Assembly: GCA_964399675.1 (NCBI GenBank)
Contig: CAYNRK010000001.1
Location: forward strand, 137,221-201,220
From: an uncultured Gammaproteobacteria bacterium
GTDB taxonomy: Bacteria; Patescibacteriota; Patescibacteriia; UBA9934; GWF2-40-263
Length of the DNA stretch: 64,000 bases
Direction: 5' to 3'
Positions 27,345-37,075 of the stretch are shown here, piece after piece; the stretch's first letter is position 1, and each line of letters begins with the position of its first letter. The notes under the pieces were generated by a model, which searched no databases, had not been told where the DNA came from, and saw only the letters and a program-made list of their open reading frames with translations. A program made the position numbers and the translations under genes.

Positions 27345-27812
27345 ATGTCACAAATAGAAAAAACAGTGGTTCTTCTAAAACCTGATGCATTGCAAAGAGA
27401 TTTGCTTGGAAGCATTGTGTCTCGTTTTGAGAGAAAGGGTTTAAAAATAATTGCAATGAAGTTTATTAGATTGTCTGATGAGCTTTTAGATGAGCATTAT
27501 TCTCATCATGCTGACAAGTCATTTTTTGGTGATCTAAAAAAGTTCATGATGCAAACACCGGTTGTTGGAATGGTTTTTGAAGGACACGATGCTATTTCCG
27601 AAGTGAGAAAAATTGTTGGTTCAACTGATCCTAGAAAAGCAGATGCAGGAACTATTCGCGCTGACTTTTCAATGAACATGCCATCAAATCTGATTCACGC
27701 ATCAGACTCATTAGAAACCGCACAAACAGAAGTTGAGCGATTTTTTAAAGAAGACGAGTTGTTCTCATACGAGAAAATAACCGATAAGTACATTTTTGGA
27801 GAGGGGATTTAA
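27345..27812 (+). CDS. ndk: Nucleoside diphosphate kinase.
   Basis: EKTVVLLKPDALQR...NLIHASDS active-site His region. Confidence 0.9.
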   Translation: MSQIEKTVVLLKPDALQRDLLGSIVSRFERKGLKIIAMKFIRLSDELLDEHYSHHADKSFFGDLKKFMMQTPVVGMVFEGHDAISEVRKIVGSTDPRKADAGTIRADFSMNMPSNLIHASDSLETAQTEVERFFKEDELFSYEKITDKYIFGEGI

Positions 27813-27844
27813 GAGAAAATAAAAAACAGACCGCAGAGGGCCTG

Positions 27845-27889
27845 CCCGCCCGCCGAAGCTCTGAAAGAGCGAAGGCGGGTTTTTTTTTG
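27845..27889 (+). terminator. Rho-independent terminator after ndk (cccgcc...ggcgggttttttttt).
   Basis: GC stem with a nested gctc/gagc stem, followed by nine T. Confidence 0.65.
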
Positions 27890-27961
27890 GTTTGGATATT
27901 TAAGATTGACTTTTTTGAGATTTTTGATTATCGTGACATTCGCCTGGCATTGAGGAGGGGT

Positions 27962-29095
27962 ATGTATAGCTGGCAGGAACTTCAGCGACTGCATTCAGAC
28001 TGGGTGAAGATTCATAAAGGAGCAATCGACAAACGAAGAGCACTGCTTGATAGCGCGTCGTTTATGGATCGTTGGTTGTTCATCAACGCGATCCAGACCG
28101 TGCGAACAGGTCGCATGCGACTTGTTACCAACTGCGCGTACGGCTTTGCCGATCAGCTCTATCTGGATGCTAGTGTTGCTGCAACACCTCATCTTGATAG
28201 GTTGCTTGATCTGGCACTAAAGCCTGGGCCAGATGGTCAACCCGATCCTCAAAGGTGGTTTGAGGGCATTAGCCTTTTCGATCAAGCAATCGCAATTACT
28301 AAGATCGAAAAAGAAGAACCGCTTGAGAGAATTGGTCGCGTTCTTGACATGTTTGTTGATCTGCTTGAGCGAGAGATCTTCACTGGAGAGTTCAACAAGA
28401 TCGACTTCTACGCATACCATGATCCAGAACAAGAGTTTGTGGTAGCGCGTGAGAATGTTGGGATTGGCAAACACCTTACTCGTCCAGGACTTCAGAGACG
28501 CAAGTCCAGACTCGCTTGTAGGCAGGTGCAAAAAGGAAGCATTGCCTACATGCATCACAGGATCAAGGATCCCTTTCTGACATGGCTCAAAATGCAGCGT
28601 CAATGCAAGTTGGCCAGGAAAGAGGATGTCTTCAGCATTAATGATCGTTGCGGCTTGACCAAGGTTGTTCCAACCCAGCAAGATGTTCTGGCCTTGTGGG
28701 GAAGCATACGTCGGCTTGTTGTGGTTAGTGGTGGAACCATCACACAAGAACTTCGCGCTAACTACAACATTGGTGAACCACTTGATGAGGAAAACGGTTC
28801 TTCATCAAGCAAGTATCGATTTGCTCAGGCGTGTTTTGTTTGGCAGGGAGTGGAAATCGAACTTCAGTTCATGACTTTCCACGACTACTTCACAAGCCTT
28901 CGATCACTCTCAGAAGCAAACCACGAACTCTACAAAATCCGTCAGGCTTACAACCACACCTTTCCTCTTATTTGGCCGGTTCAAATCTACGAAGTGAATT
29001 GGTCAAATCCTTACGTTCGTCATCAGATGTCAGCTTGGAAACAGGCGCAACTTGGTTGGCGGGTCAACGGGGACTCTTCGGAACGCTCAAGCTAA
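27962..29095 (+). CDS. Hypothetical protein (about 50% GC).
   Basis: GGAGG ribosome-binding site immediately before ATG at 27962. No family motif recognised. Confidence 0.45.
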   Translation: MYSWQELQRLHSDWVKIHKGAIDKRRALLDSASFMDRWLFINAIQTVRTGRMRLVTNCAYGFADQLYLDASVAATPHLDRLLDLALKPGPDGQPDPQRWFEGISLFDQAIAITKIEKEEPLERIGRVLDMFVDLLEREIFTGEFNKIDFYAYHDPEQEFVVARENVGIGKHLTRPGLQRRKSRLACRQVQKGSIAYMHHRIKDPFLTWLKMQRQCKLARKEDVFSINDRCGLTKVVPTQQDVLALWGSIRRLVVVSGGTITQELRANYNIGEPLDEENGSSSSKYRFAQACFVWQGVEIELQFMTFHDYFTSLRSLSEANHELYKIRQAYNHTFPLIWPVQIYEVNWSNPYVRHQMSAWKQAQLGWRVNGDSSERSS

Positions 29096-29122
29096 GGGCG
29101 TTTCTTTCTTTTGCCCGATTGG

Positions 29123-30199
29123 TTAATAAGACACAAAATTTTTAAGGAATTCGAAAATTTCTAGCATGTCAGCCAAGTTTGCTTCTTCTGTATATTGATG
29201 GGCATTATAGTAGCCAGAACCAATTGGCACGCAAGTGATGCCATTGGCATTAAAAACGTTTGCATCAGATCCGCCAAACGTTTCAAAGTAGTTTGGTTTC
29301 AGATTTATTTTCTTAAAAGTTTCTTCCAGGAGTTCAAAGAGTTCGTGATCTTGTGTTAGCTGGTAACCCTCGAATTCGAGTTGTTGATCGATCTTGCATT
29401 CTGCATTGTGCTTTGCAATTACATCTTTGATTGTTTTTTCAATGCGCTTGCCTTCGCTTACAACTTTGTCAGTGTCAAAACTTCTAAGCTCTGCTTTGAA
29501 CTTTGCAGATCCCGGCACGCTGTTGCGCGCTGTTCCTGATTCAAACATTCCAACATTCCATGTCACACCTTCGGCGCTGTGTCCCCATGGCAAGGACATC
29601 AAAGCATCACTCATTGCATGCAACGCATTGATGCCGAGTTCTGGTTCTCGAGGGTGAACAATCTTTCCAATACACTCAGCATCAATTTTAACAAAGGCTG
29701 GTGCTCGCGTAACAACTTGTGTGACAGGACCATCTTCATCAAGTACAAGTCCGATTTTTGCAGTGAGAAGATTATAGTCAGCCTTTAATGCTCCAAACAG
29801 CCCAGTCTCTTCTCCACGAGTTAGCAAAACCTCAATCGGCCTGTGTGTGGAATGATCTTGGTCTGCCATGTAGATTAAAAATTCAATTAAAACAGCAAGT
29901 CCTGTTTTTGGATCAGCACCTAGAATACCGGTTCCATTTGAGCGAATTACATCACCATCAATTGTGTAATCTGGATTTGGAAGCGATTCAGGAATATCAA
30001 GATGCGTGGAAAGTAAGATTGCTTTGCCATTGCCTGGGATTTTGGCAATGATATTTCTAAAGCCATCTTGCTCATGATTAACATTCGCCTCAGTGAGGCG
30101 ATTTTGCGTATAAGTAATTATTTCTTTTTCGTTTGGGTAGATCTCGTTAATGTGAACTAGATCCAGAAAAGTTTTTTTGAGTTGGTTTTTTGTAATCAT
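29123..30199 (-). CDS. Peptidase M20 family (PepT-like tripeptidase).
   Basis: STHLD, GADPKTG and RGEETGLFGA match the M20 metal-ligand and catalytic motifs. Confidence 0.7.
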   Translation of the reverse strand: MITKNQLKKTFLDLVHINEIYPNEKEIITYTQNRLTEANVNHEQDGFRNIIAKIPGNGKAILLSTHLDIPESLPNPDYTIDGDVIRSNGTGILGADPKTGLAVLIEFLIYMADQDHSTHRPIEVLLTRGEETGLFGALKADYNLLTAKIGLVLDEDGPVTQVVTRAPAFVKIDAECIGKIVHPREPELGINALHAMSDALMSLPWGHSAEGVTWNVGMFESGTARNSVPGSAKFKAELRSFDTDKVVSEGKRIEKTIKDVIAKHNAECKIDQQLEFEGYQLTQDHELFELLEETFKKINLKPNYFETFGGSDANVFNANGITCVPIGSGYYNAHQYTEEANLADMLEIFEFLKNFVSY

Positions 30200-30263
30200 A
30201 TTGTCATGTGCATACTTTTATGATTGCACAAAAGTCTGCACACGAGAAGAAGAAAGAAAGGGT

Positions 30264-30296
30264 GTGAGGCGGCAGACAGCCCGTCTGCCGCCTCAC
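30264..30296 (-). terminator. Perfect 14-bp inverted repeat gtgaggcggcagac-agccc-gtctgccgcctcac. It is the terminator of the high-GC minus-strand operon and the left island boundary.
   Basis: 14-bp perfect stem overlapping the stop codon, followed on the minus strand by a U-rich tract. Confidence 0.6.
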
Positions 30297-31123
30297 GTCG
30301 TTGTTGAGTTGCCAAGCCACCAGGTTGACCGGGCAATCATGCCCAGCTCGCCTGTGTCTAGCTTGTAGTAGGGATTGAGATCGGTTGCCTTGCCGCACGA
30401 ATGTACGGGCATGCCAACCCTTGCGAAGTGGTCGACGACCTGATCGTCACCCAAGATGAGCTTTTGGTACGCACCGCGCCAGACCTTGCGGTCGGTAGCG
30501 CGGTCGGTGACCTTGACATTGATTGTCATGATGCCTGTTGTTGGGTCAAAGCGTGGGGTGCGTGCGTCGTTGACAGGGGTGCCGTCGAGTTCAGCTTGCC
30601 AGACAACAGTTTTCCCAACACGACATCGATCAAGGTAGCCTTGTCCGATGAAGTCCATGAGAAACGCTCCGTCTTTTGCCAGCGGATCGATCATGCCGCG
30701 CGTGATGCGCAGCAGGAGATCCGGATCAACAACATCACCGAAGGAGTTGCCAAGCAAGATACTCGCATCGAAGCGTTCATTAGTGCGCCATGTGGTGAGA
30801 TCTCCAATGTGGAGTTGGACACGTGGATCTTGGCCGTGGCTTTTGAGAGCCTTGGCCACGCACTTTGGCGAAAGATCTACACCAACGATTCGTTGAACAC
30901 CGGACCACAGCAGAGCGTTGATGTGTCTGCCCGTGCCAAAACAGGGCAGGAAGACGCTCCTGGGTACGTGGCCAATAAGTCGGATGGCAGTTCCGACTTC
31001 AGCCCAGGCAAGCGCGCTGTTGTCATGGACATCTCTATCGAGCTGTTCCATCACGTCATAGTGACGCGCAACATCGAACTGGGCCGGAGGTTCTGTTCTG
31101 TGTTGATGAGCGGTAGCTTGCAT
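30293..31123 (-). CDS. Class I SAM-dependent methyltransferase (high GC, about 60%).
   Basis: LPCFGTGRH...VGVDLS SAM-binding motif I and post-I acidic residue. Its start overlaps the stop of the upstream gene (TGATG). Confidence 0.65.
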   Translation of the reverse strand: MQATAHQHRTEPPAQFDVARHYDVMEQLDRDVHDNSALAWAEVGTAIRLIGHVPRSVFLPCFGTGRHINALLWSGVQRIVGVDLSPKCVAKALKSHGQDPRVQLHIGDLTTWRTNERFDASILLGNSFGDVVDPDLLLRITRGMIDPLAKDGAFLMDFIGQGYLDRCRVGKTVVWQAELDGTPVNDARTPRFDPTTGIMTINVKVTDRATDRKVWRGAYQKLILGDDQVVDHFARVGMPVHSCGKATDLNPYYKLDTGELGMIARSTWWLGNSTTT

Positions 31124-33051
31124 CACTCCCCTTGGTAGATGACCGGACCCTCTTCAGCGTCGTCAGCGCCGTGGATTCGGAAGCTACCGGTTCGCAGGGT
31201 CATGGTGGATCCAACAAGATCGACATGACCATCCGTTTCCGCGTCCCCTGAGAAGAGGAAGAACGGAGTCAGACGCGTGCGCGCACCACGATCGAGCCGG
31301 ACGTTGCCATCACTGTCGCGGTAGGCCACGGTGTAGCGATGCGAAGCAATGATGTGCTGGGCCACAACCGGGTGGGGGAGTCTGGCTCGCACAGCAAGCT
31401 CTTTTTCCCATTTCATCTGATTCTGAGCCTGGCTGCCAAGCGAAAGGCTGCGTGCACCCCAGGACTTGTTGTCGCCGTCCCAGGCACCGAACTTGGTCAG
31501 CCAGAGATGTCGCTCGTCTCTCACTTGTGGGAGAACACGATCGAGCAGACGCGTCTCTGCCACACAGTTATGCAATGTGGTGAGCGCTGCGGGATCGCGG
31601 CTTTTGATCCAGTGCATCACGTTCGGGTGCCAGAGCGCGGCCATGAGAGCCTTGTTTTCCAGACAGTGCCAGAGCGGGTTCATCATGAAGGTATCTTGGC
31701 TGTCCCAGGCGACCAGTTGATCCAGTCCTCCTGTGTTGACGAAGTTGTCGAAGTAGCCGAAGCGGAAGACAACTGTGTTCGGACCGAGCGTTTGAGGGAA
31801 ACCCTCGTCGCTGCCGTGAACGAATTCGTCGAACCCGAGCGCTTTGAGACGCCCCAGGAAGTCGCTGTTCCATGTGGCCTTGGCTGCATCAGACATGTTG
31901 TCGTGTGGCCACCAGCCTTTCCGTGTCAGCTTTGAGGGGCCGCCGCGCTGGCGAACCGCATCGTGGATCTGTTGAAGGGGCGTGTCGAACCAGATCTCGG
32001 CATCAAGGCCGCGCTCGCGAAGAGCAGCAACGAAGACGGCCTGATCCCACACGTACTCAGCCCATTCGTTGGTGGCGAACACGATGAGTTTGCGACCATC
32101 CAGTAGACGGACGTAACCGTCCAGCATGGTTGTGTCCAGTCCGTAGCCGAGCTCCATGGCGTGCGACATACCCTGTCCGGCAGGGCAAGATTCGAACTCA
32201 GTGATGACCGGGCGGAGTACGCCAGTCACCGGGTCCTTGACCACTACGATGTCCGGTCGCATGAGCATGACCGGGCCGCCTTGCATGAGTGCGGGAATAC
32301 GATCCGGGCGGCCATGATTGAGGATGTGCTGGACGCCGGGATTGCTTTTGTGCAGCGCATGGATCGCCTTGAATGCGAGTGCAAGCGCTTGCCCAAGCTC
32401 TCCCAACTTGTCCAGGAAGTACGTGGGCAGGGTGAAGGGATCGATGAGCTGGCGCCAGGAGACGCCACTGAGCCCTTTGTACCCAATACCAGTCTTGTTC
32501 ATGCGAACGCGCGCGGCCTCGACCTTGTCGCCGGCCGGTTGATTGACTCGGCGGACATGGGGTCCAGCGGCTTCTGCTTCTTGCCAGCCGTCAACGAGCT
32601 CAGGCTCGATGAGCAGGGCATCAGCCAGGTTGAGGCCATGGCCTCCAACTGTGGGCATGTTCTGGATGTCTACCCAGCGGCGCTCGATCGGATGCTCCAG
32701 GGGGCGACCTCGCCTGCCTTTTGTGTCGGTTCGACTTCCTGTTGTCCAGTCAAAACCGAGCATTGCGAACTTCACCTTCAGCGCGTCCAGGATAGGTCCG
32801 TTCTTGGGCCAGGTATCTGACTGTGCTGGAATGGCTACTCCGTTGTCTGGTAGTGTGCTGCCGCTGAGCACCTTGTTGCGCCATTCCCTTGTGGAGCGCT
32901 TGACACCGGATCCTCTCTCAGGACCACTGAGACCATGCTTGCGTCGCATCTCAAGCACCCTTTCGGGCACCACGACCGTGCTCTGGCCTCGTCGGCGTCT
33001 GGTGTTCCAAGTTGCGCCAGTTGTCTGGGAGGTCCTCGTGACTGAGTGCAT
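31123..33051 (-). CDS. Large protein carrying a glutathionylspermidine-synthase-like (GSP_synth/YgiC-YjfC family) ATP-grasp amide-ligase domain in residues about 250-600. The first ~200 residues are Arg-rich and of unknown function.
   Basis: RPDIVVVKDPVTGVLRPVITEFES (compare YgiC [22 protein letters not shown]), ENKALMAALWHPNVMHW (compare [20 protein letters not shown]), and WLTKFGAWDGDNKSWGA (compare VVKPIFSREGANV). GGAGAAAG ribosome-binding site before ATG at 33051. About 62% GC. Confidence 0.55.
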   Translation of the reverse strand: MHSVTRTSQTTGATWNTRRRRGQSTVVVPERVLEMRRKHGLSGPERGSGVKRSTREWRNKVLSGSTLPDNGVAIPAQSDTWPKNGPILDALKVKFAMLGFDWTTGSRTDTKGRRGRPLEHPIERRWVDIQNMPTVGGHGLNLADALLIEPELVDGWQEAEAAGPHVRRVNQPAGDKVEAARVRMNKTGIGYKGLSGVSWRQLIDPFTLPTYFLDKLGELGQALALAFKAIHALHKSNPGVQHILNHGRPDRIPALMQGGPVMLMRPDIVVVKDPVTGVLRPVITEFESCPAGQGMSHAMELGYGLDTTMLDGYVRLLDGRKLIVFATNEWAEYVWDQAVFVAALRERGLDAEIWFDTPLQQIHDAVRQRGGPSKLTRKGWWPHDNMSDAAKATWNSDFLGRLKALGFDEFVHGSDEGFPQTLGPNTVVFRFGYFDNFVNTGGLDQLVAWDSQDTFMMNPLWHCLENKALMAALWHPNVMHWIKSRDPAALTTLHNCVAETRLLDRVLPQVRDERHLWLTKFGAWDGDNKSWGARSLSLGSQAQNQMKWEKELAVRARLPHPVVAQHIIASHRYTVAYRDSDGNVRLDRGARTRLTPFFLFSGDAETDGHVDLVGSTMTLRTGSFRIHGADDAEEGPVIYQGE

Positions 33052-33151
33052 TCAACTTTCTCCGTCTGAATCTGTGTTCTGGTTTTCCGCTCGCAAAACC
33101 GTTTTTAAGTGACAGTATTGTGAGCAGGAAACAGAACAAGATCCAGAAAAG

Positions 33152-33183
33152 AAAATCGCTACGGGTTTTTCCGTAGCGATTTA
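33152..33183. terminator. Hairpin aaatcgctacgg-gttttt-ccgtagcgattt at the right boundary of the high-GC island.
   Basis: 12-bp perfect stem. A-rich upstream and U-rich on the minus strand. Confidence 0.5.
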
Positions 33184-33770
33184 TCTGACTGTTTGTTTAA
33201 ACAGTTTAAAGCTTATGCATACGGAAAGAAATTGGAGTCATAACAAAAAGAACGCGGATAGATCGCATCCAATATGTCAAACAAAGATTTTCTTTCTTTC
33301 CGATTGAAATCATACTCAAATAAGGCTATACGATCTTAAATTAGTTGTCAAATAGTTTATTTGTTCAAGAGAACAAGCTTGTGAATGATCCTGTGGAAAA
33401 AAAGTGGACAGATACTCCTTTTCAAACTTGCGAAATTCTGTCAGGATGATAAGTTTAATATGCCTTTCGGATAGATGGGTTCGTCTCAAAATTACAAATA
33501 ACACTTTGGTCTGGGAATGCTCGGTTTCGACAGGGCAACAGGACCTAACGGTTTTTCTGAGAATCGCTGACGACATGGTGGGTACGACAAGCTGCCATCA
33601 TCGCAACGCTCTTGGATCGGAACAGTCTTGAGCTGATCTGGAAAGATTTGTACCAAAACCGGATGATATTCCAAAAATCAATTGGGACACCCATTTATCC
33701 GTCAGGCACCAAAAAATTATGAAAAATGATAAGATGAGTTGAGTCAATCAACTTTTTTTTAATACCGACT

Positions 33771-34223
33771 ATGCAGATAACAAGCCCGGCTTTTAATCAT
33801 AAAAAACAAATCCCACCTTTGTTTACTTGTGATGGAGAAAATACAAGCCCACCACTTGAGTTTCATAATGTGCCAGAGGGAACAGAATCGCTTGCGCTCA
33901 TAATGGAAGATCCGGATGTGCCAAAACATTTGCGAGAAGACGGGATGTGGGATCATTGGATTATTTGGAACATGCCAGCCAACACAACAGTGATTGAAGA
34001 AGGATCAAAACCAAACGGTGTAGTTGGTCTTTCAACAAGGCAAGTAAACGAATACGGTGGTCCGTGTCCACCAGATAGAGAACATAGATATTTCTTTTAT
34101 TTGTACGCACTTGACAGCAAACTTGATCTTCCTGAATCATCAACAAAAGCAGATTTACTTTCTGCAATGAAAGGTCATGTTATTGAAAAAGCAGAATTAA
34201 TGGGAAGGTATGAAAGACAATAA
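33771..34223 (+). CDS. YbhB/YbcL (PEBP/Raf-kinase-inhibitor-like) family protein.
   Basis: DPDVP...HRYFFYLYALD is the PEBP signature. Confidence 0.8.
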   Translation: MQITSPAFNHKKQIPPLFTCDGENTSPPLEFHNVPEGTESLALIMEDPDVPKHLREDGMWDHWIIWNMPANTTVIEEGSKPNGVVGLSTRQVNEYGGPCPPDREHRYFFYLYALDSKLDLPESSTKADLLSAMKGHVIEKAELMGRYERQ

Positions 34224-34590
34224 AACACCTTCAATGGTTTACTTGAGAATTTTTGTTCATACTCTAATAGCATGGACAATTGTGTTGGTTGTGCAATTGT
34301 TGTTAATAGACGCATCTTCTTGGCTTTTTGTTTTAGGCCACTATATTGCTGCAGTAATTGTTTTTGGTTATTCATTTCGTCTCTTTTTCAAAACAGAAAA
34401 AAAACTTACCTCATATCATGTCACCCTTGTTGCATTGACGTTTTTTCTATTTGCAGAGGCGGTTTATTGGATTGGGTTTTATAATGGAGAACAGAATTAC
34501 TTGAATTTTGTTAATTGGATGTTGCCGGCATTTTTAATTGTCAGCACGATTTATATGGTTGGTTTTACAAAGCAAAAGAAATTATTTTAA
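34210..34590 (+). CDS. Small 4-TM membrane protein (paralog A).
   Basis: Shares HTLIAW...YLNFVNWMLPAFLIVSTIYMVGF with 37784-38137 (FLNYVDWIVPIFIAASSIYFIGI). Confidence 0.5.
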   Translation: MKDNKTPSMVYLRIFVHTLIAWTIVLVVQLLLIDASSWLFVLGHYIAAVIVFGYSFRLFFKTEKKLTSYHVTLVALTFFLFAEAVYWIGFYNGEQNYLNFVNWMLPAFLIVSTIYMVGFTKQKKLF

Positions 34591-34595
34591 GCGCT

Positions 34596-34970
34596 ATGGC
34601 CAAGCCAATATTTTTATTTGATGCAGACTGTGAGTTTTGTCAATATTGGAAAAATCGCTGGCAAAAAACTGTTGGAGAAAGTGTTGATTTTCAATCAATA
34701 CAAAGTGCAGCCGATCGCTTCCCTCAAATTTCAAAAAAAGATCTTGAAAACTCCTCGCAGTTTATTGATGAAAAAGGTATTGTTTATTCAGGAGCAAAAG
34801 GTGTGTTTGAGATGTTAGCTTGTTCTCCAAAAAAACAATGGCCAAAATGGTTGTATGATCGCATTGCGTTTTTTAGATTAGTTTCAGAATTTGTTTACAA
34901 GAAAATATCTTCATGCAAAATTTGTGCTACAAAATTTATGAAATTCTTTTTAAGAAAAAAACATTTATAA
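34596..34970 (+). CDS. DCC1-like thiol-disulfide oxidoreductase (DUF393).
   Basis: FLFDADCEFCQYW is the CxxC motif characteristic of the DCC family. Confidence 0.6.
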   Translation: MAKPIFLFDADCEFCQYWKNRWQKTVGESVDFQSIQSAADRFPQISKKDLENSSQFIDEKGIVYSGAKGVFEMLACSPKKQWPKWLYDRIAFFRLVSEFVYKKISSCKICATKFMKFFLRKKHL

Positions 34971-34976
34971 AAATAT

Positions 34977-35177
34977 ATGACTCAACAAAGCTATTTAAAA
35001 ATTTCCGGTTTCCTTTTTGTGATCGTGGCCATTGTGCATGGTGTACGTATCTTTAATAGTTGGCCAATGGTGTTTGGGCCATATCAGATTTCAATGTGGT
35101 TTTCTTGGGTTGCTGCAATCATAACCGGCATCCTGGGCTTGCATGCGCTTTGGTACGCAAGTCGGTATAAATATTAA
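34977..35177 (+). CDS. Small 2-TM membrane protein.
   Basis: Two hydrophobic helices. Compact 6-nt spacing after the previous gene. Confidence 0.4.
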   Translation: MTQQSYLKISGFLFVIVAIVHGVRIFNSWPMVFGPYQISMWFSWVAAIITGILGLHALWYASRYKY

Positions 35178-35295
35178 TGGCAGTTTTTTATAAGAGGCTG
35201 AAAAACAGTCTCTTTTTTGGTTTCATCCACAAAAAGGGTTAACTGAAATCAAAATTTATGGTAAACTTTTGCCCGTTTTTAATATAAGAAATTTT

Positions 35296-36693
35296 ATGTT
35301 TACTATTCTTCAAAAAGTTCGATCTCAGAAAAAGCTTTACATAATCTCACTCGCCTTTTTGCTCGCAATTGTTGCTTCTCAACTTTTTGCTTCAAGTGGT
35401 ACTGAGGGCCATGGTGCAAGCACAACAATCCTTTGGATCGCAGTCGTTCTCATTGCTGCCAAACTTGCAAGTCTGGTTGAGCGAATCGGCCAACCCGCTG
35501 TTTTAGGGGAGCTTGTTATGGGAGTGATTCTTGGAAATTTGTTTTTGTTAGGCATTGATTTGTTTGAACCACTTAAGCACGACAGCATTCTCAAATTTCT
35601 TTCTGAACTTGGTGTGATCATTTTGTTATTCCAGATTGGGCTTGAGTCAAACATTCAAGAAATGAAAAAAGTTGGTGTGCGAGCTCTTCTGGTTGCCATT
35701 ATTGGAGTAGTTGCTCCGTTTGTGCTTGGAACGTATATTGTTGGACCTTGGCTTATGCCAGGACTTGAAAGCACGGCTTATTTATTTTTAGGAGCAGCAC
35801 TTACTGCAACATCTGTTGGAATCACTGCACGTGTGTTTAAAGATCTTGGAAAGTTGCAGATTCCAGAAGCGCAAATCGTTCTTGGGGCAGCTGTGTTTGA
35901 TGATGTTTTTGGATTGATTATCTTGGCGGTTGTTAGCGCGATTGCAACTGTTGGAGCAGTTAGCTTTGGAATAGTCAGTTGGATTGTTGCAAAAGCAATT
36001 TTGTTTTTGGTTGGATCAATTGTTTTGGGTGCGCTTGGTGCACCAACTCTTGGAAAGTTTTTTTCAAAGGTTCACACAGGCGTTGGAATGAAGTTCACAC
36101 TTGCTGTGTCGTTTTGTCTTGTGTTTGCCTATGTGGCAGGATTGATCGGGTTAGCTCCAATTATTGGAGCGTTTGCAGCCGGGCTTGTTCTTGATCCAAT
36201 GCACTTCCGTTATTTTAAAGCACCAAAAATGGTTCGCGATGTTCGAAAGGTTGTCAATGAGCACGTTAAAGAACACGATGATGATAATCATTTGAAAAAG
36301 GAAATGAACAAGGCGATTGAACATCATTCACATCGTCATATTGAAGATTTGATTGAGCCGCTTGCATACTTCTTGGTTCCGATCTTTTTCATCCTAACCG
36401 GGACTGAAGTGTCACTTGCAACTTTTGGAAATGTAAGCATCCTTTGGGTTGCGCTTGCAATCACACTTGTTGCAATCATTGGAAAGTATGTTGCGGGTTG
36501 GGTTGCTGGTCCTGTAAATAAAGCAATTGTGGGAGTTGGTATGATTCCTCGTGGAGAAGTTGGACTTATTTTTGCAGCAATTGGAAAAGGTTTGGGAGTG
36601 CTTTCAGATGATTTGTTTTCAGTGATTGTTGTGATGGTGATTCTAACAACACTTCTTGCCCCACCAGTACTTGCAAGGCAACTCAAGAAGTAA
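35296..36693 (+). CDS. Cation:proton antiporter (CPA1/CPA2 Na+/H+ exchanger family).
   Basis: About 12 TM helices. The sequence contains GELVMGVILG, ELGVIILLFQIGLE and IPRGEVGLIF. Start could be 35269. Confidence 0.75.
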   Translation: MFTILQKVRSQKKLYIISLAFLLAIVASQLFASSGTEGHGASTTILWIAVVLIAAKLASLVERIGQPAVLGELVMGVILGNLFLLGIDLFEPLKHDSILKFLSELGVIILLFQIGLESNIQEMKKVGVRALLVAIIGVVAPFVLGTYIVGPWLMPGLESTAYLFLGAALTATSVGITARVFKDLGKLQIPEAQIVLGAAVFDDVFGLIILAVVSAIATVGAVSFGIVSWIVAKAILFLVGSIVLGALGAPTLGKFFSKVHTGVGMKFTLAVSFCLVFAYVAGLIGLAPIIGAFAAGLVLDPMHFRYFKAPKMVRDVRKVVNEHVKEHDDDNHLKKEMNKAIEHHSHRHIEDLIEPLAYFLVPIFFILTGTEVSLATFGNVSILWVALAITLVAIIGKYVAGWVAGPVNKAIVGVGMIPRGEVGLIFAAIGKGLGVLSDDLFSVIVVMVILTTLLAPPVLARQLKK

Positions 36694-36713
36694 AAACAAC
36701 CCCGATAGATTAT

Positions 36714-36929
36714 ATGGCAAAAAAGAGACCAAAGGTCAGTTACGATTCAGATGCAAAGATTCTTTCTATAAGAGTTTCGTCTAAAAAAAGTGTGGATTCA
36801 GATATTCATGGTAATGTTGTTGTTGATTATGGAAAAGACGGACAACTTGTGAACGTTGACATTATGGACATATCGCTCTCGGAGTTTAAACGAGAACCAG
36901 TTATTAGAAAAATAATCGCCACAGTATAA
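36714..36929 (+). CDS. DUF2283-family small protein.
   Basis: YDSDAKILSIRVS...GNVVVDYGKDGQLVNVDIMD pattern typical of DUF2283. Confidence 0.5.
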   Translation: MAKKRPKVSYDSDAKILSIRVSSKKSVDSDIHGNVVVDYGKDGQLVNVDIMDISLSEFKREPVIRKIIATV

Positions 36930-36950
36930 AAGTTTTTTAATAAAAAAATC

Positions 36951-36977
36951 AAAAAACCGGCCTTAGGTCGGTTTTTT
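36951..36977 (+). terminator. Terminator aaaaaaccggccttaggtcggtttttt.
   Basis: GC stem with A/T flanks. Confidence 0.5.
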
Positions 36978-37075
36978 AAATTGGATTTTTTTGATATAAT
37001 AATTTCTGTCCAAACACCGGCTTGGTTGCGCATAGCCAAGAAGGGCATTGAACAACGAGCGACAAGGAGGACACC

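Noticed and set aside
33316-33631. Small ORFs (86 aa minus, 75 aa plus) in the AT-rich gap
   Set aside because: They have no start context and are mutually overlapping. The region is more likely non-coding.
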